Translations under genes and position numbers: made by a program
Assembly (NCBI GenBank): GCA_003241785.1
Contig: QFPW01000013.1
Location: 53,420 to 117,419 of the forward strand
DNA length: 64,000 nt
Direction of reading: 5' to 3'
DNA from: Rhodovulum sulfidophilum
GTDB taxonomy: Bacteria > Pseudomonadota > Alphaproteobacteria > Rhodobacterales > Rhodobacteraceae
Shown: one piece after another, positions 45,968 to 53,278 of the stretch
Numbering within the stretch: position 1 is the first letter of the stretch
Layout: each line of letters opens with the position of its first letter
The notes under the pieces: generated by a model
What the model saw: the letters and a program-made list of their open reading frames with translations, nothing else
Told to the model about the DNA's origin: nothing
Database searches by the model: none

Positions 45968-47218
45968 TCAGTTCGTCGGATAGGCGCTCGAATCGACCGT
46001 CTTCACGGTCACCCAGTCGCCCTCGTCGGAGATCTCCAGCAGGCGCGTCGCCGGGATCGTCACATTGCCATGCGCGTCGAAGTCGACCGAACCCGAGGCG
46101 CCCTCGTAGTCGATCTCCTTGCCCTCGGCGAGCGCGGCCTTGCCGGCCGCGAAGGAGACGACCTTCTCGCCGCCCGGGCCCGCGACCTCGGTCAGATGCG
46201 CGTCGATCCCCGCGCCGCCAGCGTCCTTGGCCGCCTCCATCGCCAGCGCGGTCACCATGACCGCGTCATAGGTCTCGGCCTGGTAGAAGCCCGGCTCCGG
46301 CTTCTCGCCGAAGCGCTTTTCGTAGGCGTCCGAGAAGCGCGTCCAGCTTTCGGCGCCCTCGACCTGGGAGGAGACGGGATTGAGCGCGCCCTTGACGATG
46401 TCGACGCCGGCGGCGCTGACGAAATCCGGCGACTGCAGCTCGGCCGTCACCCAGTATTTCCAGTCGTAGCCACGCTGATAGGCCTGCTTGACGAAGGCGA
46501 CGCCGGCGGTCTGTCCGACGGCGAGGAAGACCATCGAGGGATCGGCGTCGGCGACGGCGCGCACCTCGGACTGGTAGTTGGTCTGGCCGGGCGCCAGCAC
46601 GACCTCCTTCACCACCTTGCCGCCGAACCGCTCGTAGGCGTCCTTGAAGGTCTTGGCGCCGGACTGGGTGCCTTCGAGGTTCTCGACGACGAGGACGATC
46701 TCCTTCTGGTCGAGCTCGTCGAGCAGCATCTTGGCATGGACCACGCCGAGGAAGCTGTCCGAGGCGTTGGTGCGGTAGATGTAGGTCCCGGTGCCGCCCA
46801 CCTCGTCGAGCGCCTCGGTCCCGGCCGAGGTCGAGATGACCGGGATCTCATGGTCCTTGGCGAAGGCGCGCAGCGCGAGGATCGGGTCGGATTCCGGGCC
46901 GATGATCGCGCTGACTCCCTCGACCGAGACGAGCTTGGTCGCGCCGCGGATCGCGCCGTCGACGGTCGAGGCATTGTCCTCGGCGACGAGCTCGACCGGG
47001 CGGCCCAGCACGCCGCCGTCGGCGTTGATCTCCTCGATCGCGAGCAGCGCGGCGTTGTTGAGCGCCGGCGCCCAGGGGCCCATGTCGCCGGTGAAGCCGA
47101 CGAGCAGGCCAAGCTTCACCGGGCCGTCCTCGGCCATCGCCGGCAGCGCGAGGGCGAGGGCGGACGCCGTCATCAGGGCGCGCGCCAGACGGGCGGTCAG
47201 CGGGGAGGCGAAGGTCAT
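45968..47218 (-). CDS. Leu/Ile/Val-binding-protein-family periplasmic substrate-binding protein
   Basis: The 416-aa ORF has an AAGGAGA RBS and a signal peptide ending ALPAMAED. Type I PBP blocks are VKLGLLVGFTGDMG and AIIGPESD. Confidence 0.85.
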   Translation of the reverse strand: MTFASPLTARLARALMTASALALALPAMAEDGPVKLGLLVGFTGDMGPWAPALNNAALLAIEEINADGGVLGRPVELVAEDNASTVDGAIRGATKLVSVEGVSAIIGPESDPILALRAFAKDHEIPVISTSAGTEALDEVGGTGTYIYRTNASDSFLGVVHAKMLLDELDQKEIVLVVENLEGTQSGAKTFKDAYERFGGKVVKEVVLAPGQTNYQSEVRAVADADPSMVFLAVGQTAGVAFVKQAYQRGYDWKYWVTAELQSPDFVSAAGVDIVKGALNPVSSQVEGAESWTRFSDAYEKRFGEKPEPGFYQAETYDAVMVTALAMEAAKDAGGAGIDAHLTEVAGPGGEKVVSFAAGKAALAEGKEIDYEGASGSVDFDAHGNVTIPATRLLEISDEGDWVTVKTVDSSAYPTN

Positions 47219-47256
47219 TGTCTCAGTCTCCTTTGATGGATGCCTGACGCGGCGGC

Positions 47257-48012
47257 TCAGGCGGGTTCTTGGGTCGCGGGGGCGCCGATGTAGAGGCGGA
47301 CGACCTCGGGGTTGTTGAGCACCGCGTCGGTCGGGCCGCGGGCGATGACGCGCCCGTCGGCCATGGCGACGCAGCTGTCGCAGACGTCGGCGATGAAGCG
47401 CAGGTTGTGGTCCACGAGCAGGAAGGTGACGCCCCGATCGCGGAGCGCGCGGATATGCCCGACCAGGTTCTCGAGCGCCGCCGGATTGACCCCGGCCGCC
47501 GGCTCGTCGAGCAGCAGGATTTTGGGCTCGGCCATCGAGGCGCGCGCGAATTCGAGCATCTTGAGCTCGGGCGCGGAGAGGTCCTGCACCCAGATATTGG
47601 CTCGCTCGGCGAGGCCGAATTCGGCCAGGACCTCGAGGCAGCGCGCGATCAGGCGCGCGTCGGGCCGCGCGCCGCCGAGCAGCCGCGTCCGCGTCATCCG
47701 CTCGTCGCGCGAGAAGACCAGCATGTTCTCGAGCACTGTCATGCGCGGAAAGCCGGTCGGCGTCTGGAAGGTGCGCACCATTCCGGCCGCCGCGATCCGC
47801 GCCGCGGGCCAGCCGTCCACGCGGTCGCCGCGGAAGGTGACCGCGCCGGAATCGGCGGGAGTGAAGCCGGTGATGACGTTGAAGAGCGAGGTCTTGCCGG
47901 CGCCGTTGGTGCCGATGAGGCCGACGATCGCGCCTTCCGGCACGTCGAGCGACACGCCGTCGACGGCGTGGATGCCGCCGTAGCTCAGCCGGATGTCACG
48001 CGCGCTGAGCAT
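47257..48012 (-). CDS. livG: Branched-chain amino acid-type ABC transporter ATP-binding protein (LivG-like)
   Basis: Motifs are Walker A GTNGAGKTS and Walker B LLLDEPAAGV. A LivG-type C-terminal tail is present. Confidence 0.85.
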   Translation of the reverse strand: MLSARDIRLSYGGIHAVDGVSLDVPEGAIVGLIGTNGAGKTSLFNVITGFTPADSGAVTFRGDRVDGWPAARIAAAGMVRTFQTPTGFPRMTVLENMLVFSRDERMTRTRLLGGARPDARLIARCLEVLAEFGLAERANIWVQDLSAPELKMLEFARASMAEPKILLLDEPAAGVNPAALENLVGHIRALRDRGVTFLLVDHNLRFIADVCDSCVAMADGRVIARGPTDAVLNNPEVVRLYIGAPATQEPA

Positions 48013-48973
48013 GGGCGATGCCTCCTCGGGGCTTGGCGGCGAGATCGATGACCTCTGGGCGCTCGGGGAAGATCCCGTCCGGGCGGAAGCGCAGGATCAG
48101 GATGAGCACGAGCCCGACGAGCGCGGTGCGGATCGAGGTCAGCGCCACGGCGAGCTCGCCCGAGACCTGCAGGAAGCGCAGCGAGTCGTGCAGCAGGATG
48201 AAGACGAAGGCCCCGAGCAGCGCGCCGCGCTGGTTGCCGATCCCGCCGATGATCAGGGCGGCCCAGATGAAGAAGGTGAAATCCGAGGTGAACTGGCCCG
48301 GGATGATGAGCGTGTTGTACCAGACGTAGACCATGCCGGCGACGCCGGTGATCGCGCCCGAGATCACGTAGAGGCGCTGGCTCGTCCGGCGCGGGTCGAT
48401 GCCCGCGGTGATGGCGAGCGCCTCGTTCTCGCGCAGCGCCTTGCAGGCGCGGCCGAAGGGCGAGAGCGCGAGATGGCGGGTCAGCGCCCAGGTGAGCGCG
48501 AGCCCGGTCAGCGCGAGCCCCAGCAGCACGTAGCCGTAGCTCGTCGCCGGGACCGCCGTCTTGAACGGCTGGTCGAGCCCGTAGATGCCCGCGACGCCGT
48601 TCGTCAGCCAGGCCGCGTTGGTGTAGAACTGCCGGATCACCTCGGCGAAGGCGAGGGTCACGATCAGGAAGTATTCCCGGCGGAGCCGCAGCGTCGGCAG
48701 GCTGATGAGCCAGGAGGCGAGGCCGGCGGCCGCGGCGGCGCCGATCGCGCCCACCCAGATCGGCAGGCCGAGGCCGAGGACATAGACCTGATAGGATTCC
48801 GCGGGCCGCGCCGTCAGCAGCACATAGGCGTAGGCGCCGATGCCGAAGGGGGCCACGATGCCGAGGTCCCAGAGCGGCCCGACGCCGGCCTCGAGGTTGA
48901 GCGCGAGGCAGACCATGCCGTAGATCGCCCCGAGGCTGGCGAGGCTGATCGCGAAGAGGATGAAGCCTTCCAT
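47996..48973 (-). CDS. livM: Branched-chain amino acid-type ABC transporter permease (LivM-like)
   Basis: The 325-aa polytopic protein overlaps the livG-like start by 17 nt. Confidence 0.85.
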   Translation of the reverse strand: MEGFILFAISLASLGAIYGMVCLALNLEAGVGPLWDLGIVAPFGIGAYAYVLLTARPAESYQVYVLGLGLPIWVGAIGAAAAAGLASWLISLPTLRLRREYFLIVTLAFAEVIRQFYTNAAWLTNGVAGIYGLDQPFKTAVPATSYGYVLLGLALTGLALTWALTRHLALSPFGRACKALRENEALAITAGIDPRRTSQRLYVISGAITGVAGMVYVWYNTLIIPGQFTSDFTFFIWAALIIGGIGNQRGALLGAFVFILLHDSLRFLQVSGELAVALTSIRTALVGLVLILILRFRPDGIFPERPEVIDLAAKPRGGIAHAQRA

Positions 48974-48985
48974 GGAAATCCGCCC

Positions 48986-49873
48986 TCAGTGCGCGCGCGC
49001 GGCGCCGCCGCCCCAGAGGGACTGGAGCCCCCGCGGACGGATGAGCAGCACGACGATGATGATGAGAAAGGCGAGAGCCGACCGGTAGGAGGGCTCGACG
49101 ACGAGCAGGCCGAGCTCGATGCCGAAGGCGAGCACGAAGGCCGCGAGCATCACGCCGTAAAGGCTGCCGAGCCCGCCGAGAACGGTCGTCGCGAGAATGA
49201 TGATGATCTGCTGCCAGCCCATCGCGAGATGCAGCGAGCCCATGATCCCGAGGAACACGCCCGCGAGCCCGCCGAGCGCGGAGGCGGCGAACCAGACGAG
49301 ATAGGAGCTGCGCAGCGGGTCGATGCCCCGCGCGCGCGCCAGCTCCTCGTTGTCGGAAACCGCGCGGATCGACTTGCCCATCGTGGTCAGCGTCATGAAG
49401 AGATGGATCGCCAGCGCGGAGAGCAGCGCGACCGCGACGATCGCGAGCTCGTAGGGCGTCATGAAGGGCTCGCCGAAGAGCTGGATCGCCCGGACCGGCG
49501 GCAGGTCGTAGGCGAGCATCCGCTTGCCGGCCGCCGCGCCCACGAGGCCGTAGATCACATAGGCGGCGCCGACCGAGGTGAAGAGCAGGACGAGCGTGCC
49601 GCGCGCCTTCACCGGGCGAAAGAGCACGCCGTAGAGCAGCGCCCCGACCGCCCCGGTCAGCAGCGCGGCGCCGAGCGCCGCGAGGACGATCGGCAGGCCC
49701 GCGTTCGAGAGCCAGAGGCCGAGATAGGCGCCGAGGAGCAGCATCTGCCCGTGCGCGATGTTGAGGAAGCCCTCCACCTTCACGATCAGCGCGAAGCCGA
49801 CCGAGGAAAGCAGGATCACGCTGCCGGTGATCAGGCCGAAGATGACGATGTCCAAAGTCCCTCCCTTTCGCAT
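48986..49873 (-). CDS. livH: Branched-chain amino acid-type ABC transporter permease (LivH-like)
   Basis: The LivH-like N-terminus reads DIVIFGLITGSVILLSSVGFALIVKVEGFLNIAHGQ. The start is ATG 49873 or TTG 49855 (AAGGGAGGG upstream). The ORF-track ATG at 49930 adds an Arg/Pro-rich extension. Confidence 0.8.
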   Translation of the reverse strand: MRKGGTLDIVIFGLITGSVILLSSVGFALIVKVEGFLNIAHGQMLLLGAYLGLWLSNAGLPIVLAALGAALLTGAVGALLYGVLFRPVKARGTLVLLFTSVGAAYVIYGLVGAAAGKRMLAYDLPPVRAIQLFGEPFMTPYELAIVAVALLSALAIHLFMTLTTMGKSIRAVSDNEELARARGIDPLRSSYLVWFAASALGGLAGVFLGIMGSLHLAMGWQQIIIILATTVLGGLGSLYGVMLAAFVLAFGIELGLLVVEPSYRSALAFLIIIVVLLIRPRGLQSLWGGGAARAH

Positions 49874-49971
49874 CGGCGAGACCGGCCGTCCCGCGACCCG
49901 GGGGTCGCGAGCGCGCGGCGGCTCAGTCATGAACGGGGCGGCGCGCCTTCGCGCGCCGGACCCTCCCGGGC

Positions 49972-50610
49972 TCAGGCGCTGCGGCGCAGCAGCGAGCGGA
50001 ACCAGCCTCTCAGCGACAGCCAGACAAGGCGCGCGCCGCTTATCGGCTTCGCCTTGGGCGCGACCGCCCCGGTGCTGGCCCGCGGCGAGACCCCGGTCTC
50101 GCAGACGTCGTAGATCCCCTTCCGCTCCGCGGCGAGGGGCGCCTCGGCCGCCGCGACGGGCGAGGCCGCCGGAAGCGCCTGTTCGACATTGGCGACGAAA
50201 TCGCCGATCAGCACCGAGGCGATCTCCTGGATGATGCCGGTGCGGCCGAACTGGGCGATCGTGCCCGAGAGCTGCACGTCGGCGTCGACGCTGACCTTGG
50301 TCCCGCCGTCCACCTCGGCGATGGCGCAGTCCATTGTCATCTTGCCTCGGGAGGCGCCCTTCTTGTCGACGCCCTTGCCCTCCATCTTCGCCCGGCGCGC
50401 CTCCTCGTCGTATTCGACGGTGGCGGCGCCCTCGAAGGCGGCCTGGAACGGACCGACCTTCATCGACATCTTGCCCGAGAGGCTGCCGTCCGGCTTGGTG
50501 CCGAGATATTCCGCCCCGGGCAGGCAGCTCGCGACGGCGGGAACGTCGTGGAAGAAGGCCCAGACCTGGTCGCTCGGGCGGTCGAGGGTGAATTCCTGGA
50601 TGATCTTCAT
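49972..50610 (-). CDS. coxG: CoxG / SRPBCC-family protein (carbon-monoxide-dehydrogenase subunit G-like) with C-terminal extension
   Basis: It starts MKIIQEFTLDRPSDQVWAFFHDVPAVASCLPGAEY and contains GPFQAAFEG, typical of CoxG. About 70 extra C-terminal residues end in a basic amphipathic tail. Confidence 0.75.
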   Translation of the reverse strand: MKIIQEFTLDRPSDQVWAFFHDVPAVASCLPGAEYLGTKPDGSLSGKMSMKVGPFQAAFEGAATVEYDEEARRAKMEGKGVDKKGASRGKMTMDCAIAEVDGGTKVSVDADVQLSGTIAQFGRTGIIQEIASVLIGDFVANVEQALPAASPVAAAEAPLAAERKGIYDVCETGVSPRASTGAVAPKAKPISGARLVWLSLRGWFRSLLRRSA

Positions 50611-50646
50611 CTCTGCGGTCCTGTTCTGACGATCCCGAGGCCCGGC

Positions 50647-51504
50647 CTAGAAGCTCTGCCCGGAGACGGTGATCCGATAGACATCGGTGCGGCGATCCTC
50701 GCGCGGGCGCACGAGGGGCGAGCGGACCCGAGCCGCGCGGATCTCGTCGAGCGAGAGCCGGGCCCGGATCGCGGTCGTCTCGTCCTCGCCGAGCGGCCCG
50801 GCGAGGCAGTCGCCGAAGGCGTCGGCGATCATCGAGGAGCCGAGGAAGCGGATCCCCTGGTCGCGCCCCGACTGGCTCGCGCAGACCATCGGCAGCTGGT
50901 CGAGATTGGCCTGCGCGAGCGCGCCGCGCACCTGGCCGATCCGGCCCATGGCATCCCGGGGCGTCTTGTCGAAGCCGCCGACCCAGGCGGTCGGGACGGC
51001 GAGGATGTCGGCGCCCGCCAGCGAGAGACCGCGCGCGACCTCGACGAACCGCAGGTCATAGCAGACGCAGAGGCCGATCCGGCCGAGATGGGTCTCGGCG
51101 AGGACGAGGCCGAGGTCCCCCGGAGCGAAGACCGCCTTCTCGCCGTCGAAGAGATGGAGCTTGCGATAGAGCGCCGGCGCGCGCCCCGGGGCCGCGAGCA
51201 GCGCGGCGTTGAAGAGCGCGCCCGACGGCCCCCTCTCGCAAAAGCCGCAGGCGACGACGACGCCGAGCTCCTCGGCGAGCGCGGTCAGCAGGGTCCGGGT
51301 CGGCCCGTCGGCGGGCTCCGCCGCGCCGGCGAGACCCTCGGGATCGAGCCCGTAGCCCGAGACCGCGAGTTCCGGCAGCACGATCAGGGCCGAGCCCGCC
51401 CGGGCCTCGGCCCGGATGAGTTCCGCGATCCGTTCCCGGTTCTCCACCGCCGCGTAGAGGCGCGCGCCGAACTGGACGGCGGAGACCTGGAACGGGGCGC
51501 TCAT
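50647..51504 (-). CDS. Carbon-nitrogen hydrolase (nitrilase superfamily) amidase
   Basis: The internal start is MSAPFQVSAVQF. Catalytic-triad contexts are VLPELAVSGY (Glu), YRKLHLF (Lys) and GLCVCYDLRF (Cys). ATGA overlap links it to the upstream cupin gene. Confidence 0.85.
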   Translation of the reverse strand: MSAPFQVSAVQFGARLYAAVENRERIAELIRAEARAGSALIVLPELAVSGYGLDPEGLAGAAEPADGPTRTLLTALAEELGVVVACGFCERGPSGALFNAALLAAPGRAPALYRKLHLFDGEKAVFAPGDLGLVLAETHLGRIGLCVCYDLRFVEVARGLSLAGADILAVPTAWVGGFDKTPRDAMGRIGQVRGALAQANLDQLPMVCASQSGRDQGIRFLGSSMIADAFGDCLAGPLGEDETTAIRARLSLDEIRAARVRSPLVRPREDRRTDVYRITVSGQSF

Positions 51505-51923
51505 CGCGGCAGCTCGCCGCAATAGGTCGCGGGCACGTCGCAATCCTCGGCCAGGGCGCCGACGCGGCGGAGCAGCGGCACGTCCGCCGGCGCGGGGCCG
51601 CCCACCGACACGACGCGCTCGCCCTGGTCGGCGCGGATCGCGTGCTTCACGCCGATCGGCACGTGCACGACGCACCCGGCGTGGAACGGCAAGCTCTCGC
51701 CATGCGTGTGATCGACCGCGGTGCCGCGCCCTTCGATGATGAAGATCGTATCTTCCGAAATCGGGTGGACATGGGGCACGTTCGCCTCGCCCGGCTCGAG
51801 CACCACGTAATTCACGTTGGCGTTCCAGGCGTCGGTGCCCGGCCAGACGACGAACCGCGCGTCCTTCGAGATCAGCGGCAGGCGCAGCGTCGGATGATCG
51901 CGGTGAAAGACCCGGATACTCAT
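51501..51923 (-). CDS. Cupin-domain protein (140 aa, intact metal motif)
   Basis: The internal start is MSIRVFHRD. The cupin motif 1 is PHVHPISEDTIFIIEGRG and motif 2 is GCVVHVPIGVKHAI. ATGA overlaps link it to both neighbours. Confidence 0.8.
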   Translation of the reverse strand: MSIRVFHRDHPTLRLPLISKDARFVVWPGTDAWNANVNYVVLEPGEANVPHVHPISEDTIFIIEGRGTAVDHTHGESLPFHAGCVVHVPIGVKHAIRADQGERVVSVGGPAPADVPLLRRVGALAEDCDVPATYCGELPR

Positions 51924-52321
51924 TCGGCGGCCTCCGTCGCGCTGATCTCGTAGAGCGCGGGATCGGCCGGGACCGTGCCGCCGATCGCCGTCATGCCCGC
52001 CTGCCCCGCCTCGAGCCGGTAGGCGTCCTCGGCGCCGATGTGGATCATCGACCCCTCGGCGAGGTCCGTCGCGGCGCCGTCGGCGAGATCGCGGATCAGC
52101 CCGGCTCCCGCCGCGATGTAGTAGACGCATTCGTAGCGGTGGCGCAGGTCGACGGTCCGCGCCCCCGAGCCGAGCTCGAGAATGTTGACGGTGCGATAGG
52201 TGGCGCCGTTCTCAGGGCCCAGGACCGCGTAGGCGGACCCCTCGCCGGTTACGATGGGCAGGGGTTTCCGCGTGACCGCGGTGTCAAGGACCTGTACCCT
52301 TCCTTGGTCGGGGCTCGGCAT
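51920..52321 (-). CDS. Cupin-like protein (133 aa, degenerate metal motif)
   Basis: Beta-rich cupin-like blocks are present (YAVLGPENGATYRTVNILEL; YECVYYIAAGAG; GSMIHIGAEDAYRLEAG). The first His-x-His is missing. It is the first gene of the long minus-strand array. Confidence 0.6.
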   Translation of the reverse strand: MPSPDQGRVQVLDTAVTRKPLPIVTGEGSAYAVLGPENGATYRTVNILELGSGARTVDLRHRYECVYYIAAGAGLIRDLADGAATDLAEGSMIHIGAEDAYRLEAGQAGMTAIGGTVPADPALYEISATEAAE

Positions 52322-52648
52322 CTGATCGTCCTATTTGGTGTGGTCTATTTTCTTTGAGCCTGGATAAAATTTTGATGACAGTCAACGCGCTTTGGCGCGG
52401 CGAGCAGCCAGCTCGCCGGGAGTGCCTGCTTTTTCCGCTGATTTTCGATGCTGCGTCCGTAACTTAGGCAGAAGCCACCCCGCAGCGCTTGGGAATCGCG
52501 GTCCACGGCCCGGCGCGGCGGGGAGGGATTTTTAATTTCATCAAGTTCGATTTATGTTAGTCAGGACATGTGCCCCTCCATCACGGGAGTGGGAACGTCC
52601 GAACGGTCCCGCATTCCCGGGATAGAACGCGAAGACAGGTAAAAAGAC

Positions 52649-53257
52649 TTGGCAAACCCTCAGCAGAACCCCGAACGCGAGCCAGACGCGCAACTCAACG
52701 AGAGCGCCTCGCGCGCTCTCATCGCGATCGGCCAGCGCGTCCGCGAATTGCGAAAGGCGCGCGGAATGACGCTGCAGCAGCTGGCGGACAAGAGCGGGAT
52801 CAGCGCCTCGATGCTCAGCCTCGCGGAGCGCGGCCTGGCCTCGCCCTCGATCGGCTCGCTTATCGTCGTGAGCGAGGCGCTCGGCACCAGCATGTCGAAG
52901 CTGCTCGAGACCAGCGACCATACCGACGATCTCGTCGTGCGCGCCTCCGACGTGCAGGTGGTCGTCACCCCGCATAACGTCGTGCGCCGGGTGCTGAAGG
53001 AGGACCGCAAGACCGGCGTCTCGATCGCGCTCAACGAATACGCGCCGAACACCGCCTCGAACGAGACGCCGCTGTCGCACGAGGGTTTCGAATACGGGCT
53101 CGTGCTCGAGGGCAGCATCGAGGTGGTGGTCGACGGCGTGAGCCACCTGCTGTCGGAAGGCGACCTGATCTCCTACGCCTCGCAGCGCCCGCACCGGATC
53201 CGCAATATCGGCGCGGGCGTCGCGCGCACCGTCTGGTTCAACACCGCGCGGCCGTGA
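52649..53257 (+). CDS. XRE-family HTH transcriptional regulator with C-terminal cupin sensor domain
   Basis: The HTH_3 block is IGQRVRELRKARGMTLQQLADKSGISASMLSLAERG. The cupin block is SHEGFEYGLVLEGSIEVVVDG...RPHRIRN. The start is TTG 52649, with no upstream in-frame ATG. Confidence 0.8.
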   Translation: MANPQQNPEREPDAQLNESASRALIAIGQRVRELRKARGMTLQQLADKSGISASMLSLAERGLASPSIGSLIVVSEALGTSMSKLLETSDHTDDLVVRASDVQVVVTPHNVVRRVLKEDRKTGVSIALNEYAPNTASNETPLSHEGFEYGLVLEGSIEVVVDGVSHLLSEGDLISYASQRPHRIRNIGAGVARTVWFNTARP

Positions 53258-53278
53258 GAGGGCGGGGGATGGCGGCCC

